Shown piece by piece: positions 15,051 to 28,323 of a stretch of 48,854 bases of DNA (its first letter is position 1; each line of letters opens with the position of its first letter). Where the stretch lies: assembly GCA_030141605.1 (NCBI GenBank), contig JAQGDQ010001298.1, forward strand, positions 1 to 48,854. The letters run 5' to 3'. Origin of the DNA: Tubiluchus corallicola (taxonomy: Eukaryota > Animalia > Priapulida). The notes under the pieces were generated by a model. It made no database searches, was not told where the DNA came from, and saw nothing but the letters and a program-made list of their open reading frames with translations. A program made the translations under genes and the position numbers.

Positions 15051-16842
15051 CTTTCTGTTTCAGCAAATTTGCAAAACTTGTTTAAAATAATCTGCGACGT
15101 TTGTATACAATACGGAAAAGATCAATATTTGCTTTCTTCCATGAACAATCAAAACTGTTTATATTAGCAGTACATATGGCATGTTTTAAGGATATATAAC
15201 TTTATAAATTTCAGCTCAAGTTCACCATATCTATTCAAAATTTCATATGGATTCCATATCTAACCACGTTTGAATAATACATTCTATAATTATTGTTTAT
15301 ATTATGACGCATCATTAGATCAGCGCACAAGAACAACTCAGATATGTACAGTGGAGTCTCCCTCTACAGACTTTGCATAACAATGTCGATAAAATGACAC
15401 AAGTAAAATGTAAAAGGTAAAATGCAAAAATGCCGTTTTTCCTGTGCCATTTTACCGTGCATCGACTATATCATCTTGTATGAGGCTTTACTATCTGGTA
15501 TATTACAAAGGTTATAAAAGGGCAGATTATATACTTACGCTTAAAACATGTTTAGACGTATCATATATATTAAAGGTCCTACGACACTATTTCTTTTACG
15601 TTATTTTCTTTTATTGCGTGGGCGGAATTACATTTTTCTTAACTTTTACAACAGTTCTGATGCACTCGAAGGAACAGCACATTTATGTGTAAGCTGTATG
15701 AAAAACAGGTGTGCCAAGTACTACCGCTGCTAGACACTATTTAGGGTTAGATGCACCCTAATAAGGGTAATAATTAACATTTCTAGCTAAATTTCATGAA
15801 AACTATATTCTTTAGTCTAAGTTAGCAGTAAGAAATTTCTGCAACTCTAATTTCATGTAAACTCCCGATTCTAATGGTAACCCGCCGACAGTCACATTTT
15901 GAAATAGTTCTCCAGATTCTTACATGTTACTTTAACGAAAAAAATGCGACCGTAGTTCTGATAAAATTTCCTTTACCTTTGTCAGTAATGGAATCACCCA
16001 TCTATCCTGCTAGATATGGCGAAAAATAAAGTGTGGGCAGCTACACGTAGAATAATGGTGCACGACTGCACAAAACTACATGCACGTCAAGTAGCAGCCA
16101 AACTGTAAACAATAAAAACACTTTTTACTTTAAGATTTAAAGCTTTTTTCTCTGAAACCTCATTTGCACATTCGAAAAAGCGCCACAAAGGTTTTCCCAA
16201 GTGTCTGAAAATGAAGCGCTCTTTCTTAATGTTGTCTGAAAGGCACTTCTTCTTAGGTTTCTGTTTTTTTTTACTTTTGACAGTATTCCCTGTCTGTACA
16301 AGCTCAAAACATCGGTAAAGTCCAGGGAGCAAAATCTGTCTTTACTGCTTCTCTGTCTAGTTCTTTGTTCGTCGATCATACCTAATAATTCACTGTTATT
16401 TTGACAATTTTACAGTAATATTAGTAATATAGTAATATTATATTGCATTATAGTAATATTGCAAATTTATTTGATGGAGAATTAATGTCAATTGGAAATT
16501 TCATTTACGACTGTATGCATAGATTTTTGAATTAAACTGTATAGCTTTGTTAGCGGACACATAACCGCATCACTGTGATTATCATATAGGTAAAATATTT
16601 GTTTATCGCATGTGTACAAATGCTTAGTAAATAGTTTTTTTTCGCTTGATGGAATTTACAACTAAATTTGTATATCTTGTGCAGCTATGTTGAGTCAAAT
16701 TGTTAGCATGATCTGGAAATCATTACCCGAGCTTTGGCAGCTGATAAAACCATCGGGTATGCGTCGAGTTTGTATTTTTCGTGTTGGAAATTTGATTTTC
16801 AGAAATAAAATATCTATCTATCTATCTATATCTACTATATAG

Positions 16843-16945
16843 TGTACAGTGTATCAATGTGTCTTAACTACAACCGTCATGTGAAGTATGGTTAAAGCAA
16901 AGACATCTGCAGTATCAGTTCTGTAATGTCAGTTGTTGTAATGTA
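16843..16945 (+). repeat. Dispersed repeat shared with ~27713-27810
   Basis: cttaactacaac.gtca.gtga...taaagcaaag...gtatcagttc.gtaa..tcagttgtt is present at both sites. Confidence 0.6.
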
Positions 16946-17100
16946 ATGTTTGAAAACGTAAAAACGATCGATCTTTGTCAGAGCATTGTCTGAACGGCAC
17001 ATCCGGCAAAGGATAACGTAGCATTGAGACATTTATAAAGCAGAAATGATCAGAGAACAAAATTAACAGCAACAAGAAGCAGCCCAGTGCGTAAAATAAT

Positions 17101-17466
17101 TGGTTGCGTTGTTTGGGTATTTGCTGTTTTGCGTTGCTAGCTGAATATTAGTGTTTCTGGGCTGGCAAGATTATTAAGACTCAAGTTAAGAAACAACACG
17201 TTTATTAAACATTAGGCACAGTAAATATCATAATATTTTGATATTATGCTAGATAGATAATAATGCCAGATAGTAATGCCAAGCCCCCTGATCGGATCTG
17301 CTCTGCTCTGGTCTCTGATCTGATCTGACGCAAGGTGCGGGCATCACAAAGTTTTTAGTAAACTACCATGCGCGGTAAGCTTCTGCGCATCGGCCGCCCA
17401 CGCAAAGTTCGATTCTGAATTACTTGATCACGTGATACCACACCTTAACTGGGCTTCATGGCAACA
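17101..17466 (-). mobile_element. Solo-LTR-like repeat related to 6692-7035
   Basis: On the minus strand: TGTTGCC start, CAACCA end, AATAAA, and the shared atgcgcagaagct motif. Confidence 0.4.
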
Positions 17467-17726
17467 TTTCATCAGAATTATTGGTTAGCATAATTTAACA
17501 CTTTTATCACAATTTAACAACTCTTGTTTACTCAGTGCGAAATACCAGTGATGTCAAGCTGAAACGTTTATACGTTGTACTTCATTACTAATATTTTTCA
17601 TCTGTAAAAAATAGTGCACCAAGTAAGTGTGGACAAAGCTATGATTTAGTGTGGACACTAAGATGCTTCAGTTTCTCCACTACGGGGGTACGGCTTGACT
17701 TGCCCACACGTAAATACAGCGAGAGT

Positions 17727-17844
17727 CGCACATGCGCAGTGCCGTTGCTAACGGTACGTCACTTCCGCTTTCTCACCCGATTTTTCGTACGTCTGTGTGG
17801 CGTTTTTACCTTCATTTCATTTTGATCTGCCACAAATATGGCCG
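17727..17844. promoter_or_regulatory. Housekeeping-type promoter motif cluster (NRF1-, RFX-, CRE-half-, ETS/GABP- and YY1-like)
   Basis: CGCACATGCGCA 17727-17738, GTTGCTAACGGTAC 17744-17757, ACGTCA 17756-17761, CACTTCCG 17760-17767 and AATATGGCCG ~17835-17844, in a CpG-rich patch. Confidence 0.45.
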
Positions 17845-17936
17845 GATTATAATCTTCTGGGTCTCTCTATATTGAAACTACCCTCTAATTCGCCTGGACT
17901 CATCGTAATATACTTCACTGAGAATACTGACTTAGT

Positions 17937-18100
17937 TTAAAATAAACTTATTGGAATTTTTGTCACATCACACTCAAAATCTCCAAGTTTAGCATCTTTA
18001 ACCTTTGTTGGCCAAGCACAGTTAACCCTGGCACGATTGTTGTTGGACCATGGTGGCGAAACGATCCAGATTAAACTGCAGTCGCATCTTATTTGGTCTC
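17937..18100 (-). pseudogene. Orphan LRRCT exon of a third, more diverged LRR paralog (no exon 1 found)
   Basis: TTTTTAG|GA acceptor in the same phase as copies A and B. Translates xDQIRCDCSLIWIVSPPWSNNNRARVNCAWPTKVKDAKLGDFECDVTKIPISLF*. The adjacent intron (18101-18180) also resembles 9108-9190. Confidence 0.75.
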
Positions 18101-18549
18101 CTAAAAATTAAAAATACATTCTGAAGTCGAAACTACTTTCAGTTGGTCAGCCACCAATAAACGTCATTAAACTGCAGAAAACTAAAAAAACAAGTATATT
18201 CGGGCTACAGTACAAGTGTCGGATTATTTTTTCCATTTTGAAATATACATAGATAGTTAGTCACAATTTCTGAAAAAGTTTGTCCCGTATATAGCAGAAA
18301 AGAATAAAGAAGTAATGAAATTGCTGAATGCTATTTAACTCTATATGAACAAGGGCTATTGAAACTTTTCCTTACGATAAACATCTCCTGACATGCAACA
18401 TTTGCCTTTTCTTTTACGCGAGGAATTTACGTTGATTGAACCTTCTGTTCAGATGATTATTTTTTGTATAATTCGGTTACTGACTTCCGCTGTTATTATT
18501 TTCATCATAACTGTGTGTGTGTGTGTGTAGAGATGTAACAGAAAAGCCT

Positions 18550-18594
18550 AAATCACACACACATGCCCAGGCTCACCCACACACAAACACCCGT

Positions 18595-18685
<91 letters not shown>

Positions 18686-18898
18686 CCCAGGCCCACCCAC
18701 ACACAAACACACACCCACACACAAACACCCATTCACACACACACACACACACAAACAAACACCCATGCACACACACACAAACACCCATGCACACACACAT
18801 GCACACACACACACACACAAACACACATATGCACACACACACAAACACCCATGCACACACACAAACACACATATGCACACACACACAAACACCCATGC

Positions 18899-18933
<35 letters not shown>

Positions 18934-18951
18934 CACACATAACACCCATGC

Positions 18952-18992
<41 letters not shown>

Positions 18993-18996
18993 CACT
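18550..18996. repeat. (CA)n-rich microsatellite/minisatellite
   Basis: Read directly. Confidence 0.95.
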
Positions 18997-19853
18997 TGCC
19001 CAGGCAATATATATACATACATAAATACATTATAAATAAATAAATTGATATATACATAAATTTCGACCACACTTCAATTTATTTGGTCCTTGAAGATCTT
19101 GATGTGGTTTACAAAAACTGACCAGAAAAAAACACATTGCCTGGAAATCTCTGAAAAAATTGCTGGATGTGGATTCCTGTAGTGTGCTCGCTTACCACAT
19201 AATCCTGACAGTTGTCATGTATTCCCATGGATGAGATCAATACTGCCGCTAGGCTTCAACTGTTGCTAACCTGAATTTCAAACACCAGGTGGCAGTAGTA
19301 TAAGGCAGGTAAATCGTGTGGGTGTAGACACTGACGTGGCGAAGTTTAATGTGTGAATAGAGGCGCTAATTTTTGTATCGTGTTGCCATGTATTTGTAAT
19401 GGATCTTGGATGATAAGCACTTTCATTATAGCAGTTAATTATTCTTTTGACATTGGATTAGCAGAAAATGTTTTTATTTGCTTCAGATAAAACGAAGTCG
19501 AGTCGCTCATAATATGTCAGTCAGTCAGTCAGTCAGTCAGTCAAATATGTCATGATGTGATAGCGATTTTGTGATGAGACGATGATTGCACATTTTGGAC
19601 AATAAAAAATCATAAATTGCATCTAAAAGATTGTTCGACTTGTATTTAGTGCATGTCGCGCACATTCAGGTTAGTAATTACTACAGCATCTGCAAGTGCA
19701 GATTTATTGAGATTTCACCATTAAATTTTATAGCGTCATGTATCAACACAATAATACGAATCCTTGTACAAGATATATGATAATTGATTTTATTCAGCTG
19801 CTCGATATAATTATTGTAGTTATTACAATAGGACGAAGTCCTCTTTTCTAAGT

Positions 19854-20292
19854 TAGGGGTGAGCATCGAACGTTCGAGTTCGAACATTCGAATCGAATTC
19901 GAGCGCTCGAATTCGATTCGAACGAGTTTTTTTAGTTCGAACTCGATTCGAATCCAAAACTATAGATTCGAATATTTCATCACTTCAATCACATATGTTC
20001 TTTATCACTAAAACGATTGAAACATCATGCAATTAGCATAATTTAGCTGTGATTTCTACACACAATTTTAAACAAATTACTAGTCGTTTTATTGCAGAGC
20101 AAAATCTAGTGATATGCATGATCTTTGTGTGACTAATTTTTACTGGTGGTTCGAAAACTTGTTCGAAAATCATTCAATCTCAATTCGAATTCGGTTCGAA
20201 TTCGAAACACTGAAGTTCGGTTCGATTCGAATTCGAAAGTCTCAAATTCGATTTGATTCGAATTAGCTTTCTGGTAGAGAGTGCTCACCCCA
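19854..20292. mobile_element. hAT-like MITE family B (TAGGGGTGAGCA TIR, TTCGAA subterminal repeats), copy 1
   Basis: taggggtgagca...tgctcacccc ends. Homologous to 44826-45346, which has an 8-bp TSD. Confidence 0.8.
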
Positions 20293-21128
20293 CATCTTGT
20301 GGCCATCTCACAAATACCAAACAATGACTTTATTTGGTTATCTAATCTACACTCTGTCTTTCACTATAACTCAGTGTTTAGGATATGGACTCCGGTTGCG
20401 GTCTGGTGAACCTCCGTGTCATTTAGTTTGATAAAAAAACTCAGAATTTTCGAGTCACTGTTGTGATATGATGCGCTGTGAAAGCTACATGTGTAAGCCT
20501 TTCAAATACCAACAATATTAGCAGTACTATTAGCAATAAGCCTTACATATGCCAACAATAGTAACAGGATTAAAGCCTTGCATAATACCTTTTAATATTG
20601 ATGGCATAATAGATTTATCTATTGTTTCAGGCTGTACAATTCGGTGTAATATTAAAAAATGTCCTGCAATGCTTGTTATTTTGTACGCTTTTACAATGAA
20701 TCATGTATCAAGTATCCTTACAATTAAGTAGGAATATCATTTTTCCCACTTCATACTTCAATTTAAAAACGCTTAGCTAATAATTGGTGGGCATCTCGCG
20801 GAATTAGGACGTTACCTAGCTTATATGTGGCCTTTTAATGGGTGTACTGTACAAGACTCAGATGAGACAAAATACCATTTTTTTTAGTGTCGGAACAAAG
20901 ATTCTGACACTGTGGTCAAGCAGCAAACTGCTATGGCTTAGCCTGCAGCAGCTGCAAGTTTTGTGCTGCTGCGTTGCATGTGCCTGGAGAAATCGATGAG
21001 TGATCGGGGGAAATTTCAGGGGACGTCGGGTTCGGGCGAAGCGGTGGAATTTAGAGACGATAGTAGTAGAAATTGTAAAATTTATGGGCTGACAACAGTT
21101 AGGTTTTCTGAATTTTTAATAGCTAAAG

Positions 21129-23348
21129 ATGGCGACATTGTTATGGGGCAGTTGCGGCGTTTCTTGTCGGCTTGTTCAGCTAAAAAGTTTATATTTTCGC
21201 AACTTAGTTGTACCAACTGCGTGCCTGTATTCCACTGTGACAAAAACGAGCAGAAAGAAGCCGGCAGTCGACGATTATCCATGGAGCTTTTACACACTTG
21301 ATCCAATCAACAAAGAGGAAGCTAAATTCAAGAAAATCTTGATTGCCAACAGGGGTGAAATCGCTTGCAGAGTTATAAAAACTTGCAGGGCGATGGGCAT
21401 CAAAACTGTTGCTATTTACAGCGAAGCCGACGGTTTGGCAGTTCACACTCGAATGGCTGATGAAGCTGTATGTGTTGGTCCACCACCCACTGCAAAGAGT
21501 TACCTAAATATGGAAATGATATTAAATGCTATCGATCAAACCGGTGCTGAAGCAGTTCATCCAGGTTATGGCTTTTTGTCAGAAAATACAGATTTTGTAG
21601 CAAAACTAGAACAGCGGGGTGTTGTGTTTATTGGTCCAAACAGTAAAGCCATTAAAGCTATGGGTGACAAGATTCAGAGCAAACGCATTGCATTAGATGC
21701 TAAAGTAAGCACAATTCCTGGATTTGATGGTGTTGTTAAGGACGAGGAAGACTGTGTAAAAATAGCGAATCAAATTGGCTATCCAGTGATGATAAAAGCG
21801 TCAGCCGGTGGTGGTGGCAAAGGCATGAGAATAGCATGGAATGACAAGGAGGCTAAAGAAGGTTTTCGCTTATCATCACAGGAAGCTAAATCCAGTTTTG
21901 GGGATGACCGATTGCTCGTGGAAAAATTTGTGGATAATCCTAGACACATCGAAGTACAGATTATTGGCGATAAGCATGGCAACTACTGCTGGCTCAACGA
22001 ACGAGAATGCTCAATTCAGAGACGTAATCAGAAAGTGATCGAGGAAGCGCCAAGTACGTTCGTTGATCCTGACATGCGTCGAGCAATGGGAACGGAAGCA
22101 GTGCAGTTAGCCGCAGCAGTTGGATACGATTCGGCCGGCACCGTTGAATTTCTGGTTGACTCGAAAACTAAGAGCTTCTATTTCTTAGAAATGAACACTC
22201 GACTTCAAGTGGAGCACCCCATTACAGAGGCGATCACAGGACTTGATCTTGTTCAGCAGATGGTTCGAGTCGCATATGGCCATCCGTTGAATATAACTCA
22301 GAGTGACGTAGGCATTAATGGTTGGGCAGTTGAAAGTCGTGTCTATGCAGAAGATCCGTATAAAGCATTCGGGCTGCCCTCTGTTGGTCGACTCATCAGC
22401 TACAAAGAACCGTTGCACATACCGAAAGTGCGATGCGATAGTGGCATTAAGGAAGGAAGCGAAATAAGTATCTACTATGATTCTATGATTTGTAAATTGG
22501 TTACATATGGAGCTACTAGGCAGGAAGCTCTGGACGGTATGGTAAAAGCCTTGGACGGTTACATCATTAAAGGAGTTACACACAACATACCGCTTCTTCG
22601 TGACATAATGACAGAGAAAACGTTCGTGGAAGGCGACATAACGACGAATTATCTTCCAGAAATCTACCCGGATGGTTTCAAGGGCAAACAACTAACCGGA
22701 CCGGAAGTGAAGAACTTGCTAGCCATGGCAGCCGTTATCGAAACCAAACAAATTATTCGCGCAAGAAATTTCTTCGGTCCCTTCAGGATCCCGCTCCAGC
22801 CGTTTTCTGAAACAAAATTTTTGCTTGATGTGCAAGCCGATGGTCACCGTGAGGATGTAGAGGTCACTTGGACAGAGGATGAGTACAAAGTTACATTCGT
22901 GAGCGACGGGACTGTTATTACAATATCTGACAACTTTGGTTTAGCTGACACGGCTATAGAACCGATTGTTAATGGTACCCCCATTACCTTCCAGCTGCTT
23001 TTCAAGGACATCGGCGGTAACATCCGGCTTCAATACCAGGGGACTCAATACATGGCTTATGTGCTAGAAGACCGCACTGCCGACTACCTGCAGTATATGA
23101 AGGAAAAGCCGAAAATAGATACCGCAAGGGTTATCACGGCGCCCATGCCTGGAATGATCAAAAGCGTTACAGGAAACATCGGAGACACGGTGGTTGAAGG
23201 ACAAGAAGTCTGCGTCATCGAAGCCATGAAAATGCAGAACAGTTTGGGCTTCGGCACGACCGGGAAAATTAAGACACTGACCGTGAAGCCAGGTGATACG
23301 GTGGAGGAAGATCAGATTCTTGCAGAACTTGAGCCTGTCGCCGCGTAA
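21129..23348 (+). CDS. PCCA: Propionyl-CoA carboxylase alpha chain, mitochondrial; single coding exon
   Basis: 739-aa ORF with a transit-peptide-like N-terminus, [54 protein letters not shown], and a C-terminal biotinyl domain APMPG...EAMKM. PCCA-type motifs include [16 protein letters not shown] and GLPSVGRL. Confidence 0.96.
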   Translation: MATLLWGSCGVSCRLVQLKSLYFRNLVVPTACLYSTVTKTSRKKPAVDDYPWSFYTLDPINKEEAKFKKILIANRGEIACRVIKTCRAMGIKTVAIYSEADGLAVHTRMADEAVCVGPPPTAKSYLNMEMILNAIDQTGAEAVHPGYGFLSENTDFVAKLEQRGVVFIGPNSKAIKAMGDKIQSKRIALDAKVSTIPGFDGVVKDEEDCVKIANQIGYPVMIKASAGGGGKGMRIAWNDKEAKEGFRLSSQEAKSSFGDDRLLVEKFVDNPRHIEVQIIGDKHGNYCWLNERECSIQRRNQKVIEEAPSTFVDPDMRRAMGTEAVQLAAAVGYDSAGTVEFLVDSKTKSFYFLEMNTRLQVEHPITEAITGLDLVQQMVRVAYGHPLNITQSDVGINGWAVESRVYAEDPYKAFGLPSVGRLISYKEPLHIPKVRCDSGIKEGSEISIYYDSMICKLVTYGATRQEALDGMVKALDGYIIKGVTHNIPLLRDIMTEKTFVEGDITTNYLPEIYPDGFKGKQLTGPEVKNLLAMAAVIETKQIIRARNFFGPFRIPLQPFSETKFLLDVQADGHREDVEVTWTEDEYKVTFVSDGTVITISDNFGLADTAIEPIVNGTPITFQLLFKDIGGNIRLQYQGTQYMAYVLEDRTADYLQYMKEKPKIDTARVITAPMPGMIKSVTGNIGDTVVEGQEVCVIEAMKMQNSLGFGTTGKIKTLTVKPGDTVEEDQILAELEPVAA

Positions 23349-24215
23349 CTCCTGGCGATGTTTTCCAGATGTGATACAGGAATTTCGTACTCGTATTTTT
23401 GATACAAAAAACTGTTAATAGCTTCTAACAAGTTTGCTAAAAAGCTGCTATTTATTTTAGTTTAGTTTTGTACGAGCCGATAAGTCACTTGCGCACGAGT
23501 ACAAGTACGTAGGAAGAAGCTTTGATAACCTTTCTGAGTTGATGAGCAACATAGGATAGTGAGCCATCGTTGTTGTTGTTGTTTACTAGACCGTAGTTTT
23601 TTACTAGATTTGTAAATAGTAAATTTCTTTTTTCTTCATAGTATCGCAGTTATTATTATTAATGTAGTTAATGCTCTGATATTGTAATACGTGAGGTTTT
23701 TGTTGGTGTCCACGCAAATTTTTGTGTCTTTAAATGTATAACTGTGTTGTGCCGTTAAAGTGTTTTGGCACGCAGAACTTTATTGTTAGTTTGAATCATA
23801 AAATGCCAGAATAGTGCCTGTAAGAATTGTCTTGTGCTGGAGTGTTAAGATATCTTATTACTTATAAGGCTTGATAACTTTAAATTTGTTTGTTGTTTAG
23901 CTTGTTTACTTGTATATTTATGTCCTGATTCACTAACATCTTGACTGTTTTGAGTTTAAATGTTGGGCCTCCTTAACATATTTGATTTGTTAGTTCTAAC
24001 TCGTTTTTTATTGATTGAATTGATTTCAATATGGGGTAGTTCTCATTTTGTACTAGCCTTCTATGATAGCAGTGAAGTGTTTTGTACAATGTAAGTCTTT
24101 ACATTGTAAAGTAATTTATCTTAAAAGCTATTACAATGTTGTATGGTTGTGCTTATTTGTACACATTATAAGTTTGCTTGTTTGCTGACCGCTTCTTTAA
24201 ATTTCATTGTCAAAA

Positions 24216-24670
24216 CTGTCAACCTCGGATATAAGGGACACCTCCAGACCGGAAAAAATCGTCCCTTATATCCGATGTCCCTTATAGCTGAAGTTGAGTC
24301 AGACCGAGGGCGTATCTAGACCTGTACTTTTACCCATATTTTTATGGATTATTGCTACACATTCAGTACAAACTGTATGTAGGAAGCTCCTTCAGTGATG
24401 CGAGATGTATGTGACTGCAGAAACCGAGCTGTTCGAAGGCCAAGCTTGCGAAAAATTGAGGTTAAAAATCTATCAATTTTGCTTTGATCATAGGGTCCCT
24501 TATATGCGAGGTAATTTACCTGGGTTTCTGCTATGCGGGACCTGAAGATATTGTCCCTTATACCCGAGTACTTTATATACGAAGATTTTTATAAGGAAAA
24601 ACGTTACGAAAAATCGGGACCGGTGTTGATGGTCCCTTATAAGCAAGTACCTTATACCTGAGGTTGACTG
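24216..24670. mobile_element. Tc1/mariner (pogo/Tigger-like) MITE, copy 1
   Basis: C(T/A)GTCAACCTC.G.TATAAG terminal inverted repeats and internal (CC)CTTATA repeats. Near-identical copy at 28324. Confidence 0.75.
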
Positions 24671-25064
24671 AATTTGCTTGCGTATCTGCTGTCATACGTG
24701 AAGTTACAAAAATTATTTAGATTTTTCAATGTGCTGTCATATGGATATTATTAGACATCATCTTATATCATAAAAATTATAATGCATAATACTGCTAAAT
24801 TATTATGCATTTAATCATAATCATCAAAAATACACAAGCGTCTAAAGTGCAAGATTATTTTAGTAGCTAATAAGTCAAGTGATGCAGTTAGTAAAAAAGT
24901 TCCTAATTTTTTAGAATTAAACTGTAGTTACTGGTAAAGTACTTGCATTGGTTCATGTAACTTATACTGGCGTAGGCCTAATTGTTTTTGTTTTGTTTGT
25001 GGTCTTAACCTTCAGGTTACTGATTCTGCCTTTCTTAAATTCCTTACGTTGCAATGCTTTATAA

Positions 25065-25299
25065 CAGGGGTGTGCAAATTATCTGACTAGCCGGGCCACA
25101 TTAAACTCTCCCGCAATTCCTGTGGACCACAGGCAGTTTGATCAAGGAGCCAAGTACAGAAAGACCTAATAACGATTTTTTGCATCCGACCTGCGTACAT
25201 CATTACTACTACACTCAAGAAACTATTTTAGAAGTTATTAAAATTTATATTACAAACCATATATTTTTACTTTCGCGGGTCGCAATTTGCACACCCCTG
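25065..25299. mobile_element. hAT MITE family C (TIR CAGGGGTGTGCAAATT)
   Basis: 16-bp TIRs with a perfect 8-bp TSD CTTTATAA. Confidence 0.9.
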
Positions 25300-25759
25300 C
25301 TTTATAATTTTACAGTAACTTACATTTTTGACTGCAGTAGTAGTAAAATAGTACATGAAGAAATCTTGTATTAGTATTAGTTTATATCTTAAATCTATAG
25401 ATAAAAATGTATTCTCTAAAGTTCTGTTAGCAGCTCCTGCTGCCACCTATTGCAAAGGTTTCAAATGTTTAGCAGAAGTGCATCTTTTATCTAGTCAGTG
25501 TTATTTGTGTGAATATTTGTTGTTTTTGTTGCTCAATGTTTTTCAAAAACTACAATGAAAATCGACATTTCTGATTGGTTGAAATGGTGCTCAAAGAAGA
25601 ATGATTGTGAAATACTGGTAATAAAATAATTTTGAGATTAACACTTTTCTTTTTTTCTCTTACCATTGTTGTTATGTAATGACATTGCTATATGTGGTGA
25701 GAAATCAGTTGTACATGTAATTTTTGCTTATAAAGGTGATCCTTTTCTTCTCTTTGTTG

Positions 25760-26290
25760 CATCTCTCTTTCACTCTCTCCCAACTCTCTCGTTCTCTCTT
25801 CTCTCCATCTCTCTTGTTTTCTTTGTCAGTCTCTTTCTCTTTCACTCTCTCTCTTTTTCTCTTTCACTCTCTTTCTCTTACTATCTCTTTTTCTCTTTCA
25901 CTCTCTCTCTCTCACTATCTCTTTTTCTCTTTCACTCTCTCTCTCTCTCCCTCTCTTTCACTCTCTCACCCTCTCTCTCTTTCTTTTCCACTCTCTCTCA
26001 CTCCCTCTCTCTTTCACTCTCTCTCGCTATCTCTTTCACTCTCTCTCACACACACTATCTCTTTTTCTCTCACTCTCTCCCTCTCTTTTACTCTCTCTCA
26101 CCCTCTCTCTTTCAGTCTGTCTCTCTCTCTCTTTCCCTTTCACTCTCTCTCTCTCTTTTCTAGTCTCTCTCTTTCCCTTTCACTCTTTCTCACTTTCTCT
26201 CTCTCACTCCCTCTCTCTTTCTTTTTCACTTTCTCTACCCTCTCTCTTTCCCTTTCACTCTCTCTCACTCACTCTATCTCTCTCTCGACA
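25760..26290. repeat. CT-rich low-complexity tract
   Basis: Read directly. Confidence 0.95.
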
Positions 26291-26724
26291 TATTTTCTCA
26301 TCAGTTAACATCTATGAATTGACATTAAATTAAAATATACTTACGTAGAATTAAAAATGCCAAACAACCACATCAGCAGAACTTGTTTCAACATTTATGC
26401 ACTTCCACGTTGGACACCGTTTTGTAATCGCACTTTATCAGCCCTATATTGTTAATCAATGGCATAATCTCAACATAGAATTAACTAAAAACATGATGAA
26501 ATTTCGAAATTATGATTACGTTGTTAAAACAATGCGTGTACGAAGTTTTAAACAATGCGTAAAGTTGTTCTAAATACTAGAAGTTCTTTCAAAATCCCTG
26601 GTAATTCTGTTTTTTGCTAAAGCAGACTTAAGAACAGGGAAATGCATCTCTCAGTGTGTGCTACGTAGATGAATCATAAATTTTTGCGTTGTGTCACATT
26701 AAAAATTAAAAATCATTCGTTATT

Positions 26725-26812
26725 ATGAGCACGGCGCCAGTTCGAATCTTTCTCTTTTGGCTATGGCTCCAGTGCACCTTTAGAAACTCGAGCACAGAAC
26801 AAGCCAAAAATG
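26725..26812 (+). CDS. Ly6/uPAR (quiver/sleepless-like) gene, exon 1: signal peptide
   Basis: Encodes MSTAPVRIFLFWLWLQCTFRNSSTEQAKN G|GTAAGT. The phase-1 donor fits the exon 2 acceptor. Confidence 0.65.
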
Positions 26813-26944
26813 GTAAGTAAAAATGAAGTTAGAACAAGCAATCTAAAAAAAGTCGGCTATTTTTGGACGAATATAAGTAAAAAAAAAAAGGGTTATTTTT
26901 CCCATGCAATTTCCCCTGCGCCATTAATTCATTCCGCGCAAATT

Positions 26945-27440
26945 TTTGGGTCATAGGTCCGCTAAACGTATTTTTGGGTCTGCTGAGCGTATTTTTGGGT
27001 CCGCTAAGCGTATTTTTGGGTCTGCTGAACGTATTTTTGGGTCTGCTAAACCTATTTTTGGGTTTGCTGAACGTATTTTTGGGTTTGCTGAACGTATTTT
27101 TGGGTTTGCTGAACGTATTTTTGGGTTTGCTGAACGTATTTTTGGGTCTGCTGAACGTATTTTTGGTTCTGCTGAACGTATCTTTGGGTCTGCTAAACCT
27201 ATTTTTGGGTCTGCTGAGCGTATTTTTGGGTCCGCTAAGCGTATTTTTGGTCTGCTGAACGTATTTTTGTGTCTGCTAAACCTATTTTTGGGTCTGCTGA
27301 ACTTATCTTTGGGTCTGCTAAACCTATTTTTGGGTCTGCTAAACGTATTTTTGGGTTTGCTGAACGTATTTTTGGGTCTGCCGAACGTATTTTTGGGTCT
27401 GCTGAACGTATTTTTGGCCCTGCTGAACGTATTTTTGGAA
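26945..27440. repeat. 21-bp minisatellite (TTTTTGGGTCTGCTGAACGTA), ~23 units, intronic
   Basis: Read directly. Confidence 0.95.
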
Positions 27441-28070
27441 TTACGTCCTTGGGCCGATTTTGAATTTATAGTATATAATCTGTTTAGGACTGCTTGGAGG
27501 CAATGAAGTGCCTCTCATGAGCGCCAGGCGCGGGGTCTCTGTGCTCGTGGAGCCCCCAGGCAACTGCCGACGGTACCCATGTATTAAGACGGGCCAGAGA
27601 CTAGGGATCGCAAGGGGGGGAACCCGGGGAAGGCACCTGAAACTCTGAGATTCTCTATTGTAGAAACTTAATACAATAAACTTAAGCCGTTTGCTGTAGG
27701 TCAAATGTTGAGTGTACTACAGCAACGCGCCTTAACTACAACTGTCACGTGACATGTGTGTAAAGCAAAGTTGTCTGTTGTATCAGTTCAGTAACTTCAG
27801 TTGTTTTACGTGGACGTTACTTAATTATGCATTAGTTTGTGGGTAGAGTGATTTACTGGCAGGATCTTGTTTGGGAACAAGAAAAATGAACTAGGTAAGG
27901 TTCTCGCTAGCTGTTAAGACTGTTACTATTACAAGCGCGTGGGCTGCGAGGCGTTGTCAAGTGACAACAAATGCGTTGTTTGATACACTTAACCTTTGAC
28001 CTTTCCACGGTCATCATCAACCACGTGAAAAGTCTTATTGCAATTCTTGTTATATTGTTTTCTTTTATAG

Positions 28071-28220
28071 GAAACGAAGGCAAAAAGGTGAGATGTTATG
28101 AGTGTGAACGTGACCTTATAAACAGAGCTTACTGCATTGACCCATTTGAAGCCGAAGGGGTGCCTGTAGAAGATAACTGTGATTTCTGCGGAAAAGGAGA
28201 AGCGTTCAACAAGGAAACTG
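28071..28220 (+). CDS. Ly6/uPAR (quiver/sleepless-like) gene, exon 2
   Basis: tcttttatag|GA...ACTG|gtaagg. Encodes VRCYEC...YCIDPF...NCDFCGK (Cys 1-5). Confidence 0.88.
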
Positions 28221-28323
28221 GTAAGGCCAAGTCTGAAAATAAATGATTAAAAATGAGTTTGAGGGGAAAAGGTAAACAAGTGTTAGCTTGCGTTGTAAAA
28301 ATCTTTCCTAAACAAAACAATTA

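Noticed and set aside
16087-16385. Basic ORFs faintly like a decayed transposase C-terminal Cys-rich region
   Set aside because: The key Cys residues are missing and no flanking TIR pair was identified; too weak to call.
18517-19072. HT/CV-repeat ORFs
   Set aside because: Translations of a (CA)n microsatellite.
20963-22691. Short ORFs overlapping PCCA in other frames or on the other strand
   Set aside because: Shadow ORFs of a GC-richer coding region with no recognisable motifs.
21129-23348. Bacterial contamination or horizontal transfer as the reason PCCA lacks introns
   Set aside because: It has a mitochondrial-presequence-like N-terminus, no operon partner, and flanks carrying host MITE families found elsewhere in the window. 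A phylogeny is still needed for formal exclusion.
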